A stretch of 63,935 bases of DNA, counting the filler, from Myxococcota bacterium (lineage in GTDB: Bacteria > Myxococcota_C > UBA6777): the NCBI GenBank assembly GCA_023150835.1. It is 3 parts of 3 records of this genome, joined end to end, with 100 filler letters (N's around TTAATTAATTAA, not from the genome) between each part and the next. Parts side by side here need not be neighbours in the genome. Positions count along the whole stretch, not along the records: positions 1 to 25,372 come from JAKLKB010000101.1; 2 more parts are not named here. One strand, given 5' to 3'. A model generated the notes under the pieces. That model made no database searches. It saw only the letters and a program-made list of their open reading frames with translations, and was not told where the DNA came from. The position numbers and the translations under genes are program-made. Positions within the stretch are counted from its first letter, which is position 1. Each line of letters opens with the position of its first letter. This document shows, in pieces, positions 10,464-19,219 of this stretch.

Positions 10464-10575
10464 TGCGAGATCCGCAGGGTGTGTGATCGCAAAACGTAGG
10501 GGCAGACAGGTGTGGCTGCCCAACAATCGGGCGTCTACACACTATCCTTCGGGAACACTTCACTCGGATATCGTA
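10464..10575 (+). mobile_element. Repeat family A (MITE-like, terminal inverted repeats plus GTAG-REP hairpin), copy 1
   Basis: TGCGAGATCCG...GTAGGGGCAGACAGGTGTGGCTGCCC...CGGATATCGTA. Confidence 0.8.
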
Positions 10576-10608
10576 TCATTCGGCAAAAAGCCCTGATTCA
10601 AGGGACTT

Positions 10609-11100
10609 TTGCAAAAAATCCAGACGCCCACCAAGAACAGCGCACCGAAGCGCAAGAAAGCGAAGAACGTGTTGGCGCAAGAGCAGAAAGTCTTCGAGGC
10701 GAGCAGCGAGGCACTCGCAAAGCCAGAGGCGATCGTGTTCTTGGATGGCCCAAAAACAGACGTGGCGCGCTGCTTGGACAGGATCTGTCGAAGCCATCGA
10801 AAGGCCAAGATAAAAAGCTCTATGCGCCGGAGATTCGGCGTCTTGAGAGCGTTGAGAGCGTTGGATTTCTTGGTGCAAGCCATGAATCGAAGACAGCGGT
10901 TGTTCACCTTCGATCCATTGGCGAAGCGTATCAAGAAGCTTTTGCAACAGGGCGTAATGGGGAAGTTCGAGCCATCGGGCTTGACGAAGGATTCGCTGGA
11001 ACCCGTCACAAGCGAAATGATAGAGCAGATGGTGTGGAATCTCGTTGGGACGCAAAGCCTCAAACAAGCGCTTGGCAGAAGGAACCGCAGGATCGCGTAG
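10609..11100 (+). CDS. Hypothetical basic protein
   Basis: 163 aa ORF filling the gap between two family-A repeats; no recognisable motif; TTG start. Confidence 0.45.
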   Translation: MQKIQTPTKNSAPKRKKAKNVLAQEQKVFEASSEALAKPEAIVFLDGPKTDVARCLDRICRSHRKAKIKSSMRRRFGVLRALRALDFLVQAMNRRQRLFTFDPLAKRIKKLLQQGVMGKFEPSGLTKDSLEPVTSEMIEQMVWNLVGTQSLKQALGRRNRRIA

Positions 11101-11160
11101 CCATCGTTGCCAAAACAACAGGCTTTCGGCGAGGCGAGGCGGTCGAACAGACAAAAAAAC

Positions 11161-11241
11161 GTAGGGGCAGCCCCCCGTGACTGCCCAAGGATAGGGCGTC
11201 TACGCACGACCCTTCGATCACACACCACACAGATAACGGAT
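11161..11241 (+). mobile_element. Repeat family A, partial copy 2
   Basis: GTAGGGGCAGCCCCCCGTGACTGCCC...GGGCGTCTACGCACGACCCTTCGATCACAC; ends degenerate. Confidence 0.75.
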
Positions 11242-11635
11242 AACCCCCCTCCACACGAGCGGGGTTTGGTGCAAAGCTGTGAGGCGAGTCACAGAAAAAG
11301 TTCTTTGATCTTGGGGCGATGAATAATTTTTGACATTTGTGGTCAGAGCAGGCACAACCAAGAAGACCGCAGCGCTCTTCGTCAAAACACAGGAGAAACG
11401 CTGCGCTTTGGGTTTGGCCTCGCGAGAGGTGAAGTCAGAAGCAAGCATGAGGCTTTTGTGTGGTTTGGCGTGTGGCCTTTTTCGCCAAGGACGGGGTAAA
11501 AGGCCAAGACATCGACGGGACCAAGGAAGAAGCTGCGGTAGAATGTGTTGCTCAAATGTTGTTTGTGGAAGATGTATTGTTTTTCTTATCGTGTGTTAGA
11601 TCTCAGCGGGATCGGGAGACCGATCAAGCGAAGGG

Positions 11636-12409
11636 ATGGGAAGTATGGATAAATCATCAAAGTCGAGGCAGCGGTTGGGATTGGTCGAGACACCTGTACG
11701 CAGTGCAGAAAAAAGCGGAACGACGAGCGGGATGCGCCCCTCCTTTGGAGGCGTAACGGAGACAGCAAGCCGCCCGCAAATGCAACAAGCCACTGCCATT
11801 GTGGGAGTAGGTGTTCAGACACGACCCAAGATGCCCGAAGTTGCGCAGCGTGGACACGCAAACGCCGATCTTCAACGTCGGCGCGAAAGCGCCCTGCTGA
11901 TGATGCAGCTCAACGAAAAACGTCGCCGAGACCAACAGATGGGCTATTACGAAGCCCATCGCCGTCGTGAGCCGGGCTTGGAGTCCTTGCGGTTTCAAGC
12001 GTTGTCGGGTGCCAACGTGCAAACGCGGATGGAAGCCCTTGAGGGCTTGGTCGCCTTGCAACCACACGCAGCGGTGACGTACTCTACGTTGCAAAGTGTC
12101 CTTGAAGAACGGCAGGAAGCGCCCGAACTACGAGTGAAAGCACTCGAATTGTTGGCGGCGTACCCTCCACCGCTCGAAGAGGATCGATTGATGGAGTTGA
12201 TGATCGCGAGTGCGTGGGACAAAGAGATTACTGTGCGGAAAGCAGCGACGCGAGCTCTTGCAGCGCATCCTGACCCGCGCTCACTTGGCCCGTTGATGGG
12301 GCTTTTGGGAACCAAAGATCCAGAGCTTCGCCAACTTGCCGAGCGTTCTTTGTCCAAGATCGCAGCGGATCTCGGACCTCCGCCCGAACGTATAGACGGA
12401 GATACATAA
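11636..12409 (+). CDS. HEAT-repeat protein
   Basis: C-terminal HEAT-like units (ELRVKALELL, VRKAATRALA, LRQLAERSL) after a disordered N-terminus. Confidence 0.75.
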   Translation: MGSMDKSSKSRQRLGLVETPVRSAEKSGTTSGMRPSFGGVTETASRPQMQQATAIVGVGVQTRPKMPEVAQRGHANADLQRRRESALLMMQLNEKRRRDQQMGYYEAHRRREPGLESLRFQALSGANVQTRMEALEGLVALQPHAAVTYSTLQSVLEERQEAPELRVKALELLAAYPPPLEEDRLMELMIASAWDKEITVRKAATRALAAHPDPRSLGPLMGLLGTKDPELRQLAERSLSKIAADLGPPPERIDGDT

Positions 12410-12468
12410 GGTGGAGCGCGCCTTGTCGTGGGCGTTGCCTCCTCACCACGCCAAGGAGATTTCCAAAG

Positions 12469-14295
12469 ATGCACGAAGCTCACGCAAAAAGTTCGATGGG
12501 AGTGGGGTTTTGGGTCGGGCTGCTCGGTTTTTTGTTGTTGTGGGGAGCGGTACAATCAGGCTTCTGGCAGCCTCGTTCGGGCCATGAAGGTCTTTTGATC
12601 GGTCGGATGTTGGCGATTACGTGGTTGATGGCGGCTTGGTGGATGTCCGAAGCCTTGCCGATCCCGATTACTTCGCTGTTGCCGTTGGTGTTGCTTCCGA
12701 TGGCGGGGATCATGTCTGGCGACAAAGTCGCGCACGAATACACAAATGAAGTGATCTTTTTGTTTATGGGGGGATTTTTTCTTGCGTTGTCTTTGCAAAA
12801 GTGGGGCGTACATCGTCGGATGGCGCTGCATCTGGTGTTGCGAACGGGAGGGGGCCATCCGCGTTGGCTGATCTTGGGATTTATGGTGGCTTGTGCTTTT
12901 TTGTCGATGTGGATGAGCAACACAGCGACGGTGGTGATGTTGATGCCGATCGCCGTCTCTGTGATCCATCTGATGAAAGAAGAACAAGGCGATGCCGCCA
13001 TCCAGATGGGACAAGTTTTGTTGTTGGGCCTCGCCTACGCCGCAAGCATCGGTGGAATGGCAACCTTGGTGGGGACACCGCCCAACCTTTCGTTTGCGCG
13101 AATCTATAAGATGTATTTCCCAAACGCCCCCGAAGTCTCGTTTGTTGAGTGGCTCAAGTTTGGATTACCCGTCACCTTTGTGCTGTTGCCGACCTTTTGG
13201 CTTTTCATGGTGTTTGTGCTGTTCCGTCGCCCTCTTCAAGAAGTACGAGCGGGCGGAAACGTGCGAGCGTGGTTAGAAGAACAGCTCGCAGCGATGGGGC
13301 CGATGCGCGTCCAAGAAAAAGCTGTGTTATTGGTCTTTGCGATCACAGCCTTCTTATGGGTGTTTCGCGTCGATATCCAAATGGGTCCATCGTTTCGCAT
13401 CCCGGGTTGGATGGGCGCTTTGGGCCTCTACCACAACGTCAAGACGGTACGCTACGAACCACTCAAAACGGCCACCCAGTCCAAACAACACCCAACGACT
13501 CCAAACAAGCCGAGTGTTGCGCTGTCCAAGCCGAGTGTTGCGCTGTCCAAGCCGAGCGTTGCGCTGTCCAAGCCGAGTGTTGCGCTGTCCAAGCCGAGTG
13601 TTGCGCTGTCCAAGCCGAGTGCTGCGCTGTCCAAGCCCGTCCGAGCGTTGCCCAAATCAGGTAGCGAGTTGTATGTACGACGAGAGATCGTGCGGCGCAA
13701 GCCGCTGTTTGGGGACGGTGTGGTCGCGATGATGATGGCGCTGTTGTTGTTTTTGATGCCGGCAGGCGGTGGAGAGCGCTTGTTGGACTGGGAGAATGCG
13801 AAAGAGATCCCGTGGGGGATGTTGTTGCTGTTTGGAGGTGGATTTGCCCTTGCTGCGGGGATTCAATCAAGCGGGATGAGTGCATGGATTGGTGAGATCT
13901 TCCGTTGGCCGGGATTATCGGCCTTTGGGACGTTAGGGATCATCTTGTTTCTCTGCTTTTTGATCACCTTTGTGACGGAATTCACCTCAAACACCGCCAC
14001 GACGGAGATCTCTTTGGCAATGATCGCGCCTGTGGTTGCGACGTTTGGGGGGACGGGTGTGCATCCTTATTTGTTGATGGTGCCGATCACGATCTCGGCT
14101 TCGTGCGCATTTATGATGCCGGTCGCAACGCCGCCAAACGCGATCGTGTATGCCACAGGGATCGTCGGGATGCGTGCGATGGTGCGTGCAGGGTTTTGGC
14201 TCAACCTGATCTCGGCGGTCTTGATCGCGCTTTTGTTGTACGGGATCTTTTTGTGGATGGGGATTCCGCTGCGAGTCAAGCCCGATTGGCTTTGA
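12469..14295 (+). CDS. SLC13/DASS family sodium:dicarboxylate/sulfate symporter
   Basis: AAGGAG RBS; SMWMSNTAT, GTPPN, TEFTSNTAT and PVATPPNAIV motifs. Confidence 0.93.
   Translation: MHEAHAKSSMGVGFWVGLLGFLLLWGAVQSGFWQPRSGHEGLLIGRMLAITWLMAAWWMSEALPIPITSLLPLVLLPMAGIMSGDKVAHEYTNEVIFLFMGGFFLALSLQKWGVHRRMALHLVLRTGGGHPRWLILGFMVACAFLSMWMSNTATVVMLMPIAVSVIHLMKEEQGDAAIQMGQVLLLGLAYAASIGGMATLVGTPPNLSFARIYKMYFPNAPEVSFVEWLKFGLPVTFVLLPTFWLFMVFVLFRRPLQEVRAGGNVRAWLEEQLAAMGPMRVQEKAVLLVFAITAFLWVFRVDIQMGPSFRIPGWMGALGLYHNVKTVRYEPLKTATQSKQHPTTPNKPSVALSKPSVALSKPSVALSKPSVALSKPSVALSKPSAALSKPVRALPKSGSELYVRREIVRRKPLFGDGVVAMMMALLLFLMPAGGGERLLDWENAKEIPWGMLLLFGGGFALAAGIQSSGMSAWIGEIFRWPGLSAFGTLGIILFLCFLITFVTEFTSNTATTEISLAMIAPVVATFGGTGVHPYLLMVPITISASCAFMMPVATPPNAIVYATGIVGMRAMVRAGFWLNLISAVLIALLLYGIFLWMGIPLRVKPDWL
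13507..13632 (+). repeat. 21-bp coding tandem repeat x6 (KPSVALS)
   Basis: AAGCCGAGTGTTGCGCTGTCC repeated six times with single substitutions. Confidence 0.95.
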
Positions 14296-14315
14296 TCACG
14301 AATCAAAACGTACCA

Positions 14316-14443
14316 TACGAGATCCGCCCGTTGTGTTACCATGAAGAGGTAGGGGCAGCCCCTGTGGCTGCCCGATAGCAGGGCATCTACGCACGACCCT
14401 TCGATTACAGATCTTTCGGATATCGTATCCCTCGGATATCGTA
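14316..14443 (+). mobile_element. Repeat family A, copy 3 (right end duplicated)
   Basis: TACGAGATCCG...GTAGGGGCAGCCCCTGTGGCTGCCC...CGGATATCGTA; 16 bp tandem duplication of the right end. Confidence 0.85.
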
Positions 14444-14583
14444 TCCCTCGAAGGGAAGATGGATAGTCGAATAGCCCGAAGGAAAGGTGGATAGTGAGCA
14501 TGGACAGGAGGTCGGGGTGGGGAAGAGAGATGCACAGAGGCGGTGCATCCGATGGGATCGTCTGATTTGACATTGGGCGGGGG

Positions 14584-15096
14584 TTAGAGGTCGTATCCTT
14601 CGGCGTCGATACCCACTTCGTCGCGGAGTTCATATTTATGGAGTTCATGGAGGAGCTCTTCGCAGAGCTCTCCGAGGTCGGCGTGGGATTCGTCGGTATG
14701 GAAGGTGAGATAGTCGCCCGCTTCTGTTTCAAGTTCGCCGTCGGCTTCGGGGTATTCCCATTCCTTCATCATCGCGAGCGCTTCGCCACTAAAGTCGACA
14801 TCACCGTCGTTGACGAGGACATCGAGTTGGACGCCATCGCGGTTTTTCTTGAGGATCAACAGCTCTGCTTCGTCTTCATCTAGTTCGTACACGGTGAAGA
14901 CCGCGCCTCGACCGGCGTTTTTAGAGAACTCGCGTACGATATCGCGGATCTCGCGAACTTGTGCAGTATCGCCGTCATCCACAACTTCTTCGACGATCAC
15001 GGTTTGTGCGGGTGGCTCGGCGCTGCTGTTGAAGAAGACAAAGTAGATCACAAGGATCACGACGAAAACGATAACACCGATAACAACGGGACTCAT
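14584..15096 (-). CDS. Hypothetical acidic protein with N-terminal membrane anchor
   Basis: GGAGG RBS, ATG 15096, hydrophobic N-terminal helix, very acidic body. Confidence 0.75.
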   Translation of the reverse strand: MSPVVIGVIVFVVILVIYFVFFNSSAEPPAQTVIVEEVVDDGDTAQVREIRDIVREFSKNAGRGAVFTVYELDEDEAELLILKKNRDGVQLDVLVNDGDVDFSGEALAMMKEWEYPEADGELETEAGDYLTFHTDESHADLGELCEELLHELHKYELRDEVGIDAEGYDL

Positions 15097-15271
15097 GCGT
15101 AACCTCCAACAGTCTGGACCCAAGGTCTATCTTGAGACCTTTTGTGTTTGTTGTTTTGTGCGGGGAGAGATGTCTTGGCGTTGTAGGGAAGATCAGGTTC
15201 CCGCACAGCGCTACACTATATAGGGTTATTGTGCCCGTCTGAAAAGGGGAGAACAAAAAAATCTTTGTGTC

Positions 15272-16591
15272 TCAGAGCGCGGAGACAAACACTTGGACAA
15301 AGTAAAAACGGCCAGATGGGGAGGGATAGGCAGCGATGCCTGTCCAGAGAAGGTCTGGATGGAGCAGATTCTTTCGATGTACGGGGCTTTCGACCCACTG
15401 CCGAAGCGCTTCTTCGGGAGTGTGAGCGACCACGATATTTTCGCGAGCGTTGCGAGCAGGCCAACCAAGCTCTTTGAAACGCTGCGCAAAGCTGCCTTTT
15501 TTGGGGGAGTTGTGCCCAAAGTATCCTTGTTTGACCATCTCCTCGGCATGTTCGTAAGCAAAGCGATCCAGTCGGTGGTGTCGGCGAAAAAGCACAAGTT
15601 CGCGGTGCGCTCGCACCGCATTCAACAGTTCGCACAAACGATGCGCTGCGGTGGTGCTATTAAGCAAAACAGGCCGATGCTTGGGGGCAGAAGAAGCCCC
15701 CCAAAGAGCGTGCAGTTGTTGTTGCAAATGCGTACGCCAAAGGGTTTCGGGGGTGTGTGGCGGCTTGTAGATATCGACCGCCCATTGAGCGGAGATCCAC
15801 GAGCCACGGTGATCACGGGCGATGAACTGGATCTGAAAACGCCCATCACTCGGCGGAATCCATTGAAAAGAGAGGATCTTTCCGATGTATTGGGCCGTGA
15901 GCGTTTGTGTGCGCGCATCTGGATGACCGATCACCACGCTGTCAAATTGAAAAGGCTTAAGAACCCTCGCCCGCAGATGCAGGGCTTGTCCAAAGGCCGA
16001 CCATCGGGGGCTTACAGCGATCTCAACGGCGCGGCGTACGAAAAGGATCACACAGATACGCTGCTGTTTGGAACGGATCGCAAGGCCCATTCGGTTAAAG
16101 CGCTGTTCGGCCAAGCGTTGTGCCAGCGCATCTTGAAGTTGTTTCCACAACAAGGATTCTTGTGTAAAAGCCATCGCAAAGATCTGGAGTTGAAGATCGC
16201 TGCGCCCGCTAAGGGTGAGTGCTGCTTGAACACGTTCGTGGGAAAGCTGACGGCTCGGAGCATGGGCAAGATAGGACGCCAGCAGCACAGCCGCCTCACG
16301 AAGACCGTTGTCCCGCTGCGGCAGATCGTAGGGTTGGGCGTTGTACCAAACAGAGAGTCGTTGCAAAAGCGCTTGTTCTTGTTTACTCTCTGCTTTTTGG
16401 GGCCAAGGTGTGTGAAGGTTGTCGTAATGCAAGGGCCGCGCTTCCGCGAAGAAAACGCCAACAACCAACAGACCACACCCGCCCATCCATATCCGGATCT
16501 GACGCAAGATTTGTTTGCGACGTGTGTTTTGTGCGTTGGCATCGGTCTTTTGGCTTGTCAGGTCATGCGTTGTATTGTGGGAGGCTTGCAT
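15272..16591 (-). CDS. CAP (SCP-like) domain protein
   Basis: C-terminal LNAVRA...HAEEM...YFGH...ENI...WVESPVHRKNLL...GIA motifs; start uncertain. Confidence 0.85.
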   Translation of the reverse strand: MQASHNTTHDLTSQKTDANAQNTRRKQILRQIRIWMGGCGLLVVGVFFAEARPLHYDNLHTPWPQKAESKQEQALLQRLSVWYNAQPYDLPQRDNGLREAAVLLASYLAHAPSRQLSHERVQAALTLSGRSDLQLQIFAMAFTQESLLWKQLQDALAQRLAEQRFNRMGLAIRSKQQRICVILFVRRAVEIAVSPRWSAFGQALHLRARVLKPFQFDSVVIGHPDARTQTLTAQYIGKILSFQWIPPSDGRFQIQFIARDHRGSWISAQWAVDIYKPPHTPETLWRTHLQQQLHALWGASSAPKHRPVLLNSTTAAHRLCELLNAVRAHRELVLFRRHHRLDRFAYEHAEEMVKQGYFGHNSPKKGSFAQRFKELGWPARNARENIVVAHTPEEALRQWVESPVHRKNLLHPDLLWTGIAAYPSPSGRFYFVQVFVSAL

Positions 16592-18638
16592 GATGGATGT
16601 TTTTCTACCCCGTCACAAGGGATGGTTTGTATCCTTTGGGGTGTGTGTTGTAGTGTTGTGGGCGGCGTGTACTCCGTCCACGGAGCCGTTGCCGTGTGAT
16701 ACGTCAGATGATTGCCCCAACGCACAGCGTTGTCAACAGCGCAAGTGCATCGCTCGCGTACGCTGTTCGTTGGCGAGCGCTGCGCTGGTTTGTTTACCAA
16801 GCGAAGCGTGCGTGGATGGGTTTTGCCGCCCCAACAGCACTCCCCAAGGCAAATGCACCGTCAACCAAGACTGCGAACAACCCAAGATCTGCGACACCGC
16901 CGCCCAACGGTGCGTCCGCTGTTTGCGCGACGATGACTGCCCGATATCCGAACGCTGCAATCTCGCCAATCTGTGTACTCCCAAAAACACCGAATCCACC
17001 GCAGAGTCCGTCCCCGATGGAGAGGCCATCCCCGAATCCACAGGCAAATGCGCTTCGGATGTGGACTGCAAAGACAAGCCCAACCATTACTGCGATCTGA
17101 TCGCACAGATCTGCAAAGTCCGCACAGGCTCCTCCTGTCAAAGCGACAAAAACTGCCCAAGCAAGCAACATTGCGTCAACAACGCCTGCACGCTCGGATG
17201 GCGCTCTTGTTCGGCCAGCCCAACGGCTTGTGAAGCCGAATTTGAATGTCGCAACAACCTGTGTTATCCGAAGGTCTGCCAAACCGACGAAGACTGCGAA
17301 CCCGGCCGCCCTTGCAACCAACAATTCGGGCTGTGTCAAGCCGGCCAAGATTGCACCGTCGCAGGTTGTCCAAGCGACGCCCAATGCAACGCCACCACCA
17401 AGCAATGCGAACCCAAACCCGCCGATTGCACCACCACAGGATGCCCCACCGACCAACAGTGCAACGCCACCACCAAAAAATGCGAACCCAAACAAGCAGG
17501 TTGTACCCAAAATACCGAATGTTCCCCTCCCAAGGGCAGTTGCCGCCAAGGCCAATGCCAGACCTGCGCATCGGAGTTCACTTGTTCGAGCGGACAAACC
17601 TGTGATGCCGCTTCGGGACGCTGCCAGACCGCGCAGGCAACGTGCGCCAAAGACGCCGATTGTACGCCCCCTGCGGGCGCTTGTAGCAACAGCCGTTGCG
17701 TCAGTTGCGCAAGCAGCAGCTTGGATTGCACGAACCTTGGAAAGCAGTGTGATCTGGTTTCAGGCCGTTGTGTCGGTGGCACATGTACCGACAACACGGG
17801 CTGTTTGAGTACCCAGTTTTGCAAAAGTGGCGGGTGTGTCGCAAAAGAGTGCGACCCCGCCATCGGACTGGCCTGTGCAGCAGGTGAAACTTGCACCAAC
17901 TTCGAGTGTACAGGCGGTGGCCCACGCACTTGCACGTCCGACAGCGATTGCAAAAACACGCAGTATTGCAAGTCCGGGACATGCACCACCAAAGAGTGTA
18001 GCGCAACACAAACCTGCCCAAGCGGGCAAACCTGCCAAGACTCCCGCTGTGTCGCCTCCCAAACAAAAAAACAATGTACCACCAACACCACCTGCGGAGC
18101 GGGTTCGACTTGTGTTGGCGACGATCCAAACGTCAGTTACGGACATTGCTATCGAACCTGCACAACGCCCGATACACAGGGGATTTGCAAAGCCGGTGAG
18201 ATCTGTGCGCAGATCACCGCGACGCTCACGCTTTGCTTGCCCATCGGTACCAAGCCCACAGGCGCAACCTGCGGTATCGTCGACAACCGATGCGATCTCA
18301 ACAACGTCTGCTTTTTCGCAAGCGACACCGCCACAACCGGCCTTTGCTACAAGCGATGCACCACCGTCGGTAGCGCCACAGGATGCCCCTCCAGCACCTC
18401 CTGCGAAACCATCGGTGTCTCCAACGCTTGTGTCCCTCCCCCCACGCAAAACTACCTCGGAACCTGCGCCGGTATCACCAAGCGCTGCAAATCCCCCAAC
18501 ATCTGCGTCTACACATCTTCGACCGCATCATCCGGCACTTGCTACAAGCCTTGTACAAAGAACTCCGATTGCTCGGGACTTGGTTTGTACGATACTTGTC
18601 AATCACTCCAAAACGGTGGGGGCTTCTGCTATCTTTGA
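16590..18638 (+). CDS. Cys-rich repeat lipoprotein
   Basis: GGAGG RBS, lipobox LWAAC, many C-x4-C-x4/5-C-x4/6-C modules. Confidence 0.85.
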   Translation: MMDVFLPRHKGWFVSFGVCVVVLWAACTPSTEPLPCDTSDDCPNAQRCQQRKCIARVRCSLASAALVCLPSEACVDGFCRPNSTPQGKCTVNQDCEQPKICDTAAQRCVRCLRDDDCPISERCNLANLCTPKNTESTAESVPDGEAIPESTGKCASDVDCKDKPNHYCDLIAQICKVRTGSSCQSDKNCPSKQHCVNNACTLGWRSCSASPTACEAEFECRNNLCYPKVCQTDEDCEPGRPCNQQFGLCQAGQDCTVAGCPSDAQCNATTKQCEPKPADCTTTGCPTDQQCNATTKKCEPKQAGCTQNTECSPPKGSCRQGQCQTCASEFTCSSGQTCDAASGRCQTAQATCAKDADCTPPAGACSNSRCVSCASSSLDCTNLGKQCDLVSGRCVGGTCTDNTGCLSTQFCKSGGCVAKECDPAIGLACAAGETCTNFECTGGGPRTCTSDSDCKNTQYCKSGTCTTKECSATQTCPSGQTCQDSRCVASQTKKQCTTNTTCGAGSTCVGDDPNVSYGHCYRTCTTPDTQGICKAGEICAQITATLTLCLPIGTKPTGATCGIVDNRCDLNNVCFFASDTATTGLCYKRCTTVGSATGCPSSTSCETIGVSNACVPPPTQNYLGTCAGITKRCKSPNICVYTSSTASSGTCYKPCTKNSDCSGLGLYDTCQSLQNGGGFCYL

Positions 18639-18668
18639 ATTCGAGGCTTCTGCTATCTTTGAATTCGA
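18621..18668 (+). repeat. 24-bp tandem duplication spanning the stop codon
   Basis: GGCTTCTGCTATCTTTGAATTCGA x2. Confidence 0.9.
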
Positions 18669-18682
18669 AAGGAGCGCATGAG

Positions 18683-19138
18683 ATGTTTCTCTCAAAGAGA
18701 AGAATTCGACCCAATTTGAAGCAGCATTTCTTTCTATCGATCGGGCTTTTTTCTATGGTAGGCTTCTCGCCCGTGTGGAGTATGCCAAGCAGCCGCCCTG
18801 CCGCCTCCAAACCCTCCTCCCTTTCGGCCAAAACACCCGCTCCCCCAACAACACGCCCTCGCTCGGAGACATCAACGATTTCACGACCTGCTATCGCACA
18901 AAAACCTGCATTCGCGGGGCGATCAGACGCTTTCAAAACAACAGCTTCGCGGCCTGCTATCGCACAAAAAGCCGCCACAACACAACCAATCCGCTCTATA
19001 AACCCGCGATCATCACAAGAAACGGTCGACGAAACACCTTTATTACCGAGCGATTCTCCAATTCGAAGAAAGTTGATCTCTTCGCTTGAACTGACGAATA
19101 GTCAGTCCGACAGAGAGTCGTACGAGATCCGCCCATAG
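18683..19138 (+). CDS. Short secreted Ser/Pro/Thr-rich protein, possibly truncated
   Basis: AAGGAG upstream, signal-peptide-like segment, SRPAIAQK duplicated; stop codon lies inside a family-A repeat. Confidence 0.45.
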   Translation: MFLSKRRIRPNLKQHFFLSIGLFSMVGFSPVWSMPSSRPAASKPSSLSAKTPAPPTTRPRSETSTISRPAIAQKPAFAGRSDAFKTTASRPAIAQKAATTQPIRSINPRSSQETVDETPLLPSDSPIRRKLISSLELTNSQSDRESYEIRP

Positions 19139-19219
19139 TGTGATCGCAATACGTAGGGGCTGCCCAACAATCGGGTGTCTACGCACGACCCTTCGATCAC
19201 ACATCACACGGATATCGTA
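19121..19219 (+). mobile_element. Repeat family A, copy 4 (hairpin loop deleted)
   Basis: TACGAGATCCG...GTAGGGGCTGCCC...CGGATATCGTA; abuts the protease stop codon at 19220. Confidence 0.85.
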
